Notes under the pieces: model-generated
Seen by the model: only the letters and a program-made list of their open reading frames with translations
Databases searched by the model: none
Told to the model about the DNA's origin: nothing
From: Macrostomum hystrix
Taxonomy: Eukaryota; Animalia; Platyhelminthes
Length of the DNA stretch: 64,000 bases
NCBI GenBank assembly: GCA_950097015.1
Contig: CATNEN010000041.1
Coordinates: 682,001 to 746,000 of the forward strand
Direction: 5' to 3'
Made by a program: the position numbers and the translations under genes
Shown here: piece after piece, positions 12,549 to 24,908 of the stretch
Layout: every line of letters starts with the position of its first letter
Position numbering within the stretch: position 1 is the stretch's first letter

Positions 12549-15500
12549 AATTTCGAACCCACTTTACACTTCTAAGAATCTAAGTACTTTAGGGTCTTGG
12601 CATTAAATGTATGTATATATTGGTTGATAACTTAATATCACTGCTGTGTTGTGTATTCCGAGTATATCTCTTTATCAATCCATTGACTATATTTGACATT
12701 TGTATTAGTCAATTTTGTTCCTGTAGGAGTACTATAGCTTCATAGCTAAAATTATATGCTTTTCAGAAATCTGTATTTAGTAGTATTTTTGGCTCAGTCA
12801 ACACACTAATTTTCAAACACACAAAATATATGTATGTTTAAAAATAAAATATAATGATTAAATGAATAAAATATCAAATAATATTGTAGTTATTGAAGAG
12901 TCACTGTTTCAAAATTACTTAAAAAAGGGAATAAAGAGAACAAACAATTTTGTTCCTATGTGGCAATGACAAGTGTCAATTGTTTGACAATACCAACCCA
13001 AATTTTTATATAGAACCTGTTCCCCCATATTTGCCAGATTTTGCCATAGACATAGATCCAAGTGTCAAGTCACGACAAAGCCATGTCAGCACAACTTTTT
13101 CAAACTCAGAATGCACATGTGGCACGAATTCAAACAAAAAAATAATATAACGAATGGAAGTAGAATATTGCCAAAGTGTCATTCTGGATCATTTAGTATA
13201 TGCCAAAATATTCAGTCATGCATTAGTGTTGACTGTCCAATTGATTATGCGTGGTTAAGATGCAATGGTCTTATATTGAGGCCTATTGGTTTCGTGTGCA
13301 CACTTAGTGCTCAAGGTAGGTATAATGCACCTATAGCACTAATGACTAATAGTAACAAGTAAATAAGGTTGTTGACAAGAGAAAATTGACTTTGTTTCAC
13401 TGCCCAATTATCAGATTTTTTAACTTGTTTTCATTATCAAGCATGCAAAGGAAACTTTTTATTGTGCACTCAAGCCTTCCATTTTTTCTGGCATGTATCT
13501 TGCATGATCCAAGGGAGGTTGGTGGCAAAACAGTTTATGTGTTTGCCTCTTGCACCACAGTCCCTAAGTTTGATTACATGGCAGGCTACAATTATTTGTG
13601 GTACAGCTGCAAAGAGAAGTTGTGCAACTTATTCCCTTAGAGGGCCAACCCCCAAGGCACAGTGAAATGTACACTTAACAATGAATAATAGTTAATAATT
13701 GCAGGAGGGCTGTAGGCAATAGCCTTTGGTGACACTAGTTAGACCTGCTGGCAGCAAGGAGACAATTCTGCACATTTTGCTGACCCTTGAGTATAGGGTA
13801 ATGCATCATCAACTGAACAGTGTATCTTCAAAACCGAACAAGAATTTTGACTCCTTCCTTGGTCTCCTGCAAGATAGAAACAAGCTATTGTGTTTCACAG
13901 AACAACTAATTTGAAAGTTGAAGAAATTATCTACAAGCTAAGGCATGATGTGCAATGAAGCATTAAGAGGAAAGAAAGATATTGATGTTTCAGTAGAAAT
14001 TTTTATTGGAAAAGCATACTTTTTAGCAACATTTTTTCAGTATGTACTTTAGACAAAGATTGTATGTGGTTGCTTGCCAATTAAATGACCATAAATGTAG
14101 TTATTTATAGAGCATGAAAAATGCTTTCAAATGACAATTCGTGATAGTTCACTCCTTAAAATAAGATTAAACCACTCACTCAAATTGTAAAACCAAACAT
14201 CAAATTCTCTGTTTGGTTTGAAGATACATGAAAATCATTGTTCAGTTTTAGATAAAAAGCAGGAATAACTTTTTTCTATTTGACAAAAAAGCAAAAGCAG
14301 ATACTTTTTAGAAAGATGTAACTGTTTTCTATAACTTGGCTTTTGATTTATCATCATATCTTAAATAGAAAATCTGTAGCTTAGGTTTGAAGTTAAAAAA
14401 TACACATTCTTGTTTGGTTGATGATACATTATCCTATAGACACAAATACTAAATATGCAGGCATACACTCACACAGGTGTATACATATATTGTCATCTGC
14501 CCTGACTTTCTCATTATCAGTCAGTGTATACTTTCCCTCAAGGGCATAAACTGTACAACAAGCCCCCAAGCTTTCTCTCCATGGCTACACCCTAAATTAA
14601 TGTGGCCTTGCTGCATAATCAAGCTTAAGAACCTTCCTACAAGAGGCAAATACCTTAACTTCTGTGACTCACCCCACCAGGGAAAGACCATAGTCCTAGG
14701 CCTACTATTTCAAATACCCTTTCCCTACTTCACAATAGCTTCTAAGCCAAATAATAACTTTTTATATGAAATTCCACCATACAAATCTATCTGCCCTTTA
14801 TAATAAACTTTCAAAGCCATCTGATGACAGCATTGTCATTTGTCTAGATATTCAATGATTCTTGTATGCCCTATAACCTTTTTCTCAGCATCCCAGACAC
14901 CATGGTCCCTTTCATCACCATCTGTACCATCTGCAGCAACCATTGGGACATTTATCAGGAAAAAGAAGCCATCTTTGAGATTGAGCCAATTGGGTGCTTT
15001 CATTGAAGGTCCAATGGTTGCTGCCAATGGTCCAGACAGTGATGAAGGGACCCTGGTGACTGGGATGCTAAGAACAAAGGCAATGCTGCAACTGAATGAC
15101 ATGATTGACATGATTATGTTTATGACTCATAAACAGAAAAATCAAAACTATATTGGTGGTTTTTGTCACCTGACACCCCAGCAAGAATAGATGAATCTTA
15201 ACGATGTTGATGTTCTGTGCTTTAAGAAGTTGTTTCAGTGGATTTAGCAGAAAACTTTAGATGAGAAACATTTTCAGAATTAGATTGGCGATTAGTAGAA
15301 TATTTTAGAAGATGCAGAAAAAAAGGGAAAATGTGGTTTGTGGGTGCTACTAAAAAAATTTCTATTTCAATAGTTATCTACACAGCTACCCAAAACTCAA
15401 AGTATGATGAATTTTTTTGGTGCATGGAAGAGGGTTTTAATTTTGTATAGGAAATAAAATTTGTATTCCTGGTATAAGTTTTCAATTTGTTGCATATTTT

Positions 15501-15861
15501 TGTGTTGCTTCTTGAGTAGTGGAGTGTGAGACAAGAGACAAGTACTTTGAGATTTCAAAAACGGATTGTCTTCTGAGTGTATTTTAACACTTGGATAAAA
15601 CTTGTTAATTTCGCTGTTTTTCTGACTGGACCATCCATGAACATGCAGTCTCACTGCTCTGCGCACCATTCACTCGCCTTCCAGCGGCCAGCCAATCAGC
15701 ACCCGTCAGGCGTTGGCGGCCCTCTGCGGCTTCTGCCGTGAGCTTCCACACTCCCCACTCCTTGTCTACCCCATAGATTATTTTTCTCCATTTTCACGCG
15801 TCTGAAATCCTCGCACTGCAAGTCACTTCGCTCGCCCTGAGCGAAACTGCCTCGCCTGGCC

Positions 15862-17395
15862 ATGGGTTCGAAATCGTCCAAGCTCAGCCCTGAGCAGCTG
15901 CAGGACCTGGTGGACCAGACCCAGTTCAGCGAGGAGGAGCTGCAGGACTGGTACCGCGGCTTCATTAAGGACTGCCCCAGCGGAGAGTTGAGCCGCGCGG
16001 AGTTCCAGCGGATCTATGCCAATTTCTTCCCCTACGGCGACGCGTCCAAGTTCGCCGATCACGTGTTTCGCACCTTCGATCGGGACGGCAACAGTCGCAT
16101 CGATTTCCGCGAGTTCATCTGCGCCCTCAGCGTCACGTCTAGGGGCCGACTGGAGCAGAAACTCGCCTGGGCTTTCTCAATGTACGACTTGGACGGTGAC
16201 GGCTTCATCAGCAGGGAGGAGATGCTGGAGATTGTACGGGTGAGGCAGCGGGTGCTGGAGCTAGACTGTGAGTGAGGCAGCGGCTGTGGAGCTAGATTGT
16301 GAGTGAGGCAGCGGGTGCTGGAGCTAGACTGTGAGTGAGGCAGCGGGTGCTGAAGCTAGACTGTGAGTGAGACAGCGGGTGCTGGAGCTAGACTGTGAGT
16401 GAGGCAGCGGGTGCTGGAGCTAGACTGTGAGTGAGGCAGCGGGTGCTGGAGCTAGACTGTGAGTGAGGCAGCGGGTGCTGAAGCTAGACTGTGAGTGAGA
16501 CAGTGGGTGCTGGAGCTAGACTGTGAGTGAGGCAGCGGGTGCTGGAGCTAGACTGTGAGTGAGGCAGCGGGTGCTGGAGCTAGACTGTGAGTGAGACAGC
16601 GGGTGCTGGAGCTAGACTGTGAGTGAGGCAGCGGGTGCTGGATACAGGTACTGAAAGTGAAAGCTTTCTGCAGGCAAAACAATGGCTTTCAAAACCCCCC
16701 TCTTAAATTGAGCACTTTTGCTCTGACATCCCGCTGAGTTGAATCGCCAGTATATCCTGGGACAGAGTCGGTTTGCAATTACAGCAGCTTATTTGATTTA
16801 GCTCTGCGCTGGAGCACTTGGGTTTTGTGTTCGACAGTTTCAGCTGCAGCTTTCTTTATTTGGCAGTGCGGGACCCGGATTAGGCTTAGGACTGCGCCGC
16901 ATTCTAATCCCAAAATAGGGATTATTGGAGCGACAGACCGCGCACCGGATGCCACCGCCCGCAGAGCTTAGACTCCCACCCTACGTGCTAGATCCCGGAC
17001 AGAGCGGAGGGAACCACTGGCAAAATTCAAGACTGGAAATCAATAATTGCTGGAACGACAACAAAAAAGACGGGCATTGTCTCTGAAATTTCCTCCAATC
17101 TGTTTTTATTGGCTATGAATGCACACAGGTCCCTAAGCCCTATGAATGCACACAGCTGATTGTACCGTAATCAGTCAGTCAGTCCGCCCATCTGCCACAG
17201 GCAATCTACAGCATGGTCGGCATGGTGATGCGGATGCCGGAGGACGAGTCGACCCCGGAGAAGCGCACGGACAAGATCTTCAGGCAGATGGACAAAGACC
17301 TGGACGGTCGGCTGTCGGTGGAGGAGTTTATCGAGGGCGCTAAGTCAGACCCCAGCATTGTGCGGCTGCTGCAGTTCGACCCGAACCAGCGCTGA
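15862..17395 (+). CDS. Nca: Neurocalcin / hippocalcin-like neuronal calcium sensor (190 aa, N-myristoylation Gly)
   Basis: Exon 1 is 15862-16239 (ends MLEIVR|gtgagg). Exon 2 is 17201-17395 (ccacag|AIYSMVG...FDPNQR*). Family motifs present: [68 protein letters not shown]. Confidence 0.96.
16240..16641 (+). repeat. 32-bp minisatellite starting exactly at the neurocalcin splice donor, about 12.5 copies
   Basis: Unit GTGAGGCAGCGGGTGCTGGAGCTAGACTGTGA. Confidence 0.95.
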
Positions 17396-17884
17396 CGCCG
17401 GCTGAACATTCTCATCGGATTTCCTAGTCTCTACGAATTCCTGGTTTAGGCAATTGTTTCGGCAGGTGTTTGCTGCGTGATGATTTTTTACTTTTGTTTG
17501 TGCAATCGTGTCTGTCGAACTGCCCCTTTCGCCTACTGTTCAGTAGAGAAGCTGGGCTGCAATCAAATTTAGTGCAAAAGCTTCTGATTGGCTGGCGCGC
17601 TAGTAATCTAATATGATTGGCTAAAATCAACTCGGCTTTAAGCGTGGCTTCCTTAAATGTTCAGCGTGTGCTACATAATATTCGTTCACGATTTTCGACA
17701 GAATTTTCGCCGACTTGTTTATTCCAAGCGAGCCAACTCACTCACTCACAGAGCAGCTGTTTGGGTTCCATTTTCTATGATTTGTTTAATCGCTTTATCA
17801 ATGCCTATTTGAACAAAATCAAACCCGTCTATTTTTATTCTGGCCGTTAGGTCTAGAAATTCATTTTTTAAAAACTCCTTGGAT

Positions 17885-18127
17885 TGTCAGCTTATAGGGT
17901 TGTAAGCCTAGTAGGTTGTCAGCGAACAGGGTTGTCAGCAAACAGGGTTGTCAGCTTAGTGAGTTGTCAGCCCAGAGGAGTTGTCAGCTCACAGGGTTGT
18001 CAGCGAACAGGGTTGTCAGCTAACAGGGTTGTCAGCGAACAGGGTTATCAGCGAACAGGGTTGTCAGCTCACAGGGTTGTCAGCCCAGAGGGTTGTCAGC
18101 CCAGAGGGTTGTCAGCTCAGAGGGTGG
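17885..18127. repeat. 16-17-bp minisatellite (GGGTTGTCAGC core)
   Basis: Direct reading, e.g. agggttgtcagcgaac. Confidence 0.9.
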
Positions 18128-20842
18128 CAACATGAAGGCGTCAGCGGCAGAAGTATCGTTTATTTTATCTGATTCTCTAATCACTTTCAAATGACAAATG
18201 GCAACTCTGCAGGTGCAGGACTCCAAAGCGCATTATCTTGTGTTGGTGTGGCATTTGTTGTTTTGTTTGTGTTTTTTACCTGTTCTGCTACCTATTTTTG
18301 AGTCAGCGAATTATAAATTCGACGTATTTGAATGAAACTTTTTCGTAGTACGAAAAAACTAGGCGCTGCTGTCGCAGACTGCAGTTAGAAATACGACATT
18401 TATAGGTCCTAAGCAGTAAGTGTATATAATCTAGCACCCTAAGCAATTACAAATTAAAAGATTCGAAGTTTTCAAAACATATCGGACTTTCACCCTCTCT
18501 GGTATATTTCGAGTACTCATCAATGAGAAGATGTCTTCTAGTCCCTGTGTATATTTTATTTAAAATTCCTATTTTCCTAGTGGATCCCGTGTGCCCAAAT
18601 GTCAGATTCTGCTACGCTATCGCTTATTGTAATGCTTTTATCCCGGATCTGTACTCAAATGGTCTACAAAAAATTTAAATAAATGCTCTCTGATCGTGTT
18701 TTCTCGCTGGCATTGCGGCTGCCGTCAGACAACTAAGAACATTGTGCCTCAGAAAGGCCAACGAGGCGTCTTCTCCTTCGTGGGAATACAGAATTCGATT
18801 AGGTCAGGCATCGCGATGGGGCGCAGCAGCTGGTTGAATTCGAAATCCTCCATTAAAAATTCCTACGCATTTCCTAATCTGATTCAGAGCACCGTAGATG
18901 ACTGCTGAGTTGGTTGGTGCTGCAGATGCTTTTCGTGGAAAAAGCTTTTTGCGCGTTACCCAAACAGTAGGGATAAACGATATCACGTAGATTAGATTTT
19001 TTGCTCATAATACTCGTACAACTTTCAACTATCGGATGGAAACGAAGGCCAAGATACTGGTGCGCAGGACTGAGTTCCGAAATTCGGATAAACAAGGAAC
19101 ATAACTTTTTTAGAGATTTAGATCAGTAGTGAATGTCTTTAACTTAAGATTAATATTTGTGATGCTATCTCGGATTGCTCCGCTTTTTTTAGTTTTAAAA
19201 GGATTTTTTATATCATCAACAACTATTATATGCATTAAAAAACTAAAAAATACCGTACATTGTGTTCATTTGTTCTGAACAAATTCTTTTTTGAGGCTAC
19301 ACGCGCCAATAACAGCAATCTAAGGAGTCAGACAACATTGTGCAATACATATTTCAATTTTGGACATTTAATATAATTAGTTTCCTTTTTCTGTATTAAA
19401 CTACTTTGGAGTATTAAATCCCACCATAGTCTGCACTTTAAGACACCAGGAGTCAGTAACATCACCATCATTAGTATAGTACTTCCATACAGCAACCCCA
19501 GTTGCAAAATGCCCGAATGATTCTGATAAAGAAATAATTTGCGTCCTCTAGACTCGAAATAATTTAATCTGAGTATATACGTTTGGAGGACTAAACATAA
19601 AATATAATACGATAAGAACGGCATAAGAATTAATTTAGCTTTAAAAAGAAGAAAATATAAAATAATTATACATATCAGTACTTAGTCCACTGAAATTCCA
19701 GTTCGACATTCGTATTTTTGTAATAAAACAAAACCTTAAATCTAATACCATCCAAGATGATTGAATAATCTCGTTTTTTATCAATTCAACTGAAAATGAC
19801 AAATGTCTTATCGTCTTTAATTGATTTACAACCATTGGCTTAATTCTTGCATGCCTCATTATTCGTAGCGGCAATTTAAGAACCGTAATGAAACAAAAAA
19901 TTTATAGCTGACTCATCCGGATATCATTCTACGAGAAGTTATTATTTTCCGTTGGATTCGTCAAAACTTTTTTTACTATTTTTTAATATTTGGCCTCCAC
20001 CTTCGCACATTCTAAAAAACTTACTTTACATATATTTATGTAACTATAATGCTGTTCTCTTCTCCTGATGTGCAAACATAACACATTGGTTCATATAGCT
20101 ATACTTATAAAGTGATTAGAAATAAATTAAGAAGTGTATAAAAACACTAGTGGATCAAACAAAAATGGATTATAGGCATATATAGAAACATATACAGATA
20201 TTTTTATCAATAAGAGTAATTATTTTTTCTTGGCTTTTTAAACAATAGGCCGGCCTATAGTGATAAAAAATAAATAAATGGACTTTGATAGTGATTTTTT
20301 CCTACATATTATCTTTGAACGTTTTTCAAAGTAAGCTTTAAAATTTATTTTTGAATTTGAATACTTCAGTAACCTTTTTATCTATTATTTATAAAAGTAG
20401 CCACAGTTTTGTGTGGTATTTCCAAAAGCAATCTATGCTCTTTAATCTGTGGAAAATGGAAGGTACAACATCTACCAGACTAATTTCTACCCTCGCTGAT
20501 ATACTGCTACTAATTTTTCAGCTAGAGGAACTAATTCATTTGGGAATTGTCTTGCACCAGAACAGAAACTGGCTCTCAAGCCAGTTTAAACTTAGTCAGA
20601 ATTAAAAAAAGCTCAAAGCACTAGGCCTAGGCTACCCTTGGCTAATCAAATTAGGAAATGGCTAGATAATAAAAATGGAAGACAAAGCCAGTACTTGTAA
20701 TGTAATGCTTTTTGGTCTCAATTGTATTTCTTTATCAATTTTTTTTCACTTTAAATCGAATCAAACTTTCCTCAATCAATATTTCAGCACCTTGCTCTAT
20801 TCTAAGTGTGTAAATATTAAGCTATCAGTTGCATCACCAGCC

Positions 20843-23464
20843 ATGTCTGATCATGCTAGCTGCATGGCTGGTGTGGACCTCAGTCTCGTTCAATGCCTCA
20901 GCAATCTGGACCTCGAAAAGTTGCAACCAAAGCAGACTTTGGAGTCTTTGTTTCATCTATTTGACAATGGGGCAAAAGGCTACCTGGACTCACGCGAGGT
21001 TAACCACATCATTGACCAGATGGTACACATAGCTACTGGACTAGACTGGGACACCAGTGATCTCCGGCCAGTAAGTTCACCCGCCTTGACATCCCCATTC
21101 CACAATAACTCCCATTGTGACCCTACCTCATACTCACGTTGACCTACCCCACCCACTGTAACCCTATCCCACACTCACGTGACCCTACCCCACACTCACG
21201 TGACCCTAACCCCACACTCACGTGACCCTAACCCCCCATCCACTGTGACTCTACCCCAAACTCATATGACCCGAACCCACACCCACTGCAACCCTACCCC
21301 ACACACACGTGACCCTACCCCACACACACGTGACCCTATCCCCACACCCACTGTGATCCTACCACACACCTACCCTGACTCTCCCACACTCCACTATGAG
21401 TCTCCCCACGTCCATCCTGACTCTCCCACACCCACCCTGACTCTCTCTCAAACCACCGCACAGATCCTGACAAAGCTGCTGCGCCAGATGTCCTCGCACT
21501 CTGACGGCCGGCTGAGCCTCGAGGACTGGCTGCGTGCAGGCAGCTCCACCATGCCGCTGCTGGCCCTGCTTGGACTGGACACCAGTGTCAGGGACGACGG
21601 CCGTCACGAATGGCGACTACGACGCTTTGTCAGGGACGAGCACTGCAACGCGTGTCATAAGCAGCTGACCGGGCTGAATAACCAGGCGAGTTGATTAAGG
21701 CTATACTACAGCCACTGATGCTACCAACAGTAGGCTTTGGAAAAAAGCACTTATTTGTTAGGTATGTAAAATAACTGAGGTTAGAGTGCATCTGAACGAA
21801 TATTATTCGGTTTTGTTCCTCGCAGGGCCTCCGCTGTGTCCTGTGCCATGACATGATCCACGCCAAGTGTGTCACCCGAGCCTCCGCCACCTGCATTGCC
21901 ACCTGCAGCAAGTCCAACCAGCTGCGCCAGCTTCAGCACCACTGGACTTCGGGCAACTGCTCCGGCGGCAGGTGTGCCGGTTGCGGCCGGTCAGTCAGCG
22001 GCTCCAGCCCGAGCAGCTTGCGGTGCCGCTGGTGCCGCGCCTGCCTGCATGCCGACTGCGCCGAGCTCTGGCCCGGCTTCGGCCAATGCCAGCTGGCCAA
22101 CCGCCTGGTGCTGCCACCGTCTGCCGTCTATCCGGCTGTGCTGGACGGCCAGCCGACTGCCCTGACTTTTCGACTGGCTCCGCCGCCCGGCTGCGAGCCG
22201 GTGCTGGTGTTCGTCAATCCGAAGTCTGGCGGCCGCCAGGGCTCCAGAGTGCTGCGCCGGCTGCGCTACCTGCTCAATCCGAGACAGGTGTACGACCTCA
22301 TCGCTGATAAGGGGCCGCAGGTGAGGCTCGGGTCTGTTTGGCTTAACGGATTTTTAGGCATTTAATGCCATTTAACACTTTGAATCAAGAAACCTGCAGC
22401 CGGCCAAGTTTCTACATTTGCTGCGTCATTCCTCCTATATATGCATTTTCACGAGGGACATTGAGAAGGTATTGGCAAATCACACCTAGTCTTCAAATTC
22501 ATTGCATTGTCTTCTTCTCCAGCGGGGCCTGAGCCTCTTCAACCAGCTGGATCAGTTCCGAATTCTCGTCTGCGGCGGCGACGGCACAGCCGGCTGGCTG
22601 CTCGAAGCGATGGACGCCTTCGAGTGGAGCGGCGGTCGACGGCCCCCGGTGGCGGTGCTGCCGCTGGGCACCGGCAACGACCTGGCCCGCTGCCTGAGCT
22701 GGGGCGGCGGCTACAACGGCGAGTCGCTGGACAAAATTCTGCAGCGAGTTGCGAGCGGCACCGTCGTCCAGCTCGACCGTTGGCGCATCGGCTTCTCGAC
22801 AACTCGGTCATCGACTGGCAGCGAGTCCGCCGAGCAGTCGGTGACGGAAGGCTGCCAGCCGCCCATCGGCATCGTGAACAACTACTTCAGCATCGGTGTG
22901 GACGCGACCATCGCCCGCCGATGGCACCTCCGTCGGGAGCGGCACCCGGAGCGGTTCAACTCGCGGCTGCGCAACAAGCTGCAGTACGTGGCGGTCGGCG
23001 CCTCCGAGCTGCTGGGCGCCAGCTGCAAAAATCTGCACCAACACCTGGACATCATCTGCGATGGCCAGGCGCTGGACCTGGCCGCCGGGCCGCCTCTGGA
23101 GGGCGTGGCCGTGCTGAACATCGCCACGATTTACGGCGGCCGCAGCCTCTGGTCGGACGATGGGCGGGACTCACAGTTCGCCAGGCGGGACATGGGCGAC
23201 GGCCTGCTGGAACTGGTGGGTCTGGAGGGCGCGGTGCACGCAGGTCTGGTGGCCGGCGGCTTTCCCAGCACCGGCCGCCGGCTGGCCCAGTGCTCGGAGA
23301 TCGTCATCCGGACGCGGCGCCCCTTCGCAATGCAGATCGACGGCGAGCCCTGGCTGCAGCCGCCCTGCACTGTCAGCATCAGCCGAGCCGGCCAGGCTGC
23401 CATGCTGGCTGCACCGCGGACTGAACGGACCGGCGGGCTGCGGGGACTGCTCTGCCGGCCCTGA
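20843..23464 (+). CDS. Dgk: Type I diacylglycerol kinase (EF-hand pair, two C1 domains, catalytic and accessory domains), about 628 aa if the first ATG is 20843
   Basis: Exons 20843-21070, 21464-21685, 21826-22320 and 22523-23464, all phase 0. Motifs follow the DGK alpha/beta/gamma order: WDTSDLRP|IL, SLEDW..G..TMPLLALLGLD, C1 H..C..C..C..C..H..C, VFVNPKSGGRQG, CGGDGTAGW, LPLGTGNDLARCL.WGGGY, NNYFSIGVDA, QIDGEPW. The 5' end is uncertain because an acceptor at 20828 could admit upstream exons. Confidence 0.92.
21090..21450. repeat. Degenerate ~22-bp C-rich repeat filling DGK intron 1
   Basis: CACACTCACGTGACCCTACCCC-type units. Confidence 0.8.
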
Positions 23465-23477
23465 GGCCGAGCGGCAC

Positions 23478-23912
23478 CCACTCTCCCCTGCCTTTTATCC
23501 CCTTTCACCTGCCTTTTATCCCACTCTCCCCTGCCTTTTATCCCACTCTCACCTGCCTTTTATCCCACTCTCCCCTGCCTTTTATCCCACTCTCCCCTGC
23601 CTTTTATCCCACTCTCACCTGCCTTTTATCCCACTCTCACCTGCCTTTTATCCCACTCTCACCTGCCTTTTATCCCACTCTCCCCTGCCTTTTATCCCAC
23701 TCTCCCCTGCCTTTTATCCCACTCTCACCTGCCTTTTATCCCACTCTCACCTGCCTTTTATCCCACTCTCCCTGCCTTTTATCCCACTCTCCCCTGCCTT
23801 TTATCCCACTCTCACCTGCCTTTTATCCCACTCTCCCCTGCCTTTTATCCCACTCTCACCTGCCTTTTATCCCACTCTCCCCTGCCTTTTATCCCACTCT
23901 CACCTGCCTTTT
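23478..23912. repeat. 22-bp minisatellite starting just after the DGK stop codon
   Basis: Unit CACTCTC(C/A)CCTGCCTTTTATCC, about 19 copies. Confidence 0.95.
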
Positions 23913-24908
23913 ATTCCATCTCCCACCGGCTTATCCCAAGTCTCATGTCTTATGAATTCTGTTTTAACTTTTCTCTTCATTCCGGCCGTATCCAGTGTTC
24001 TTTTGTTGTAAAAAATCCCGTCTTTCTGTAGCTGTGAAGTGAGACCCAACTAACTATTGGTTGATAAATAGTGGCTCACTGAACCATGATGGTCAAGCAA
24101 CCTAACTGAACAGTGTCCGTGAGTTCAAATGTTATTTCAGTTTTGCCGTGCTCTTTAACTGTTTATCCTATGATTCTGTGAGTGGTTGATATTTCCAAGA
24201 AGCGCAAATCACGTGGAGATAAGTTGATTTGGACAGGTGCTGAGTCTCCGTTTTGTAATTAGTTTATTTCCCACTTTATGCCAAACGACTCGCTGTTTTG
24301 TTTGTCTTTTTTGCCTCCGAGTGACCGCCTTCGGACTGCTGTTACTCTTGAAATGATTAAGTGCTATTTTATTTCAATCAAATCATTCTTTTTATTTCTG
24401 ATCTTCGCTGCCGTGTTTACTTCCGAATGCAGCTTTGGCATTCCGCTTATTTAGTTTATTAAGGCCAGCACATTTGACTGCATGTTTTTTGTTATTTTTT
24501 TATTTAGCTAAGTCTTCTAAGTTATAAATAAACTATGGTCAGCTTGCTAATTAATGAACTGGCTCTTCTTCCAAAGGTTTTGCTTTTCTGTCTGCGAACT
24601 GCCTGGAAAAGCGGGGATTCTGTATAAAAAATGCTGTTCTTGAACCAGCCTTCACGGAAATGTCTTATGCTTATTATTCACATATTATAACCATTGAGCT
24701 TAACATGCTAGTCTAACAAATATTAAGGCTAACAGGATAAATAGAGCTAAAACTAAAGTTAGCGGAAAGAAATCTATATGCTCGTATACGTTTATACTGT
24801 TTCCAATTTCAGAAATAAAGTAATGTCAACAAAAATGAAAACAAATTGTCAATGCGAGCTAAACCCGTATTAAATATAATTGAAATGCGATTTTTTCACT
24901 TTCGACAC

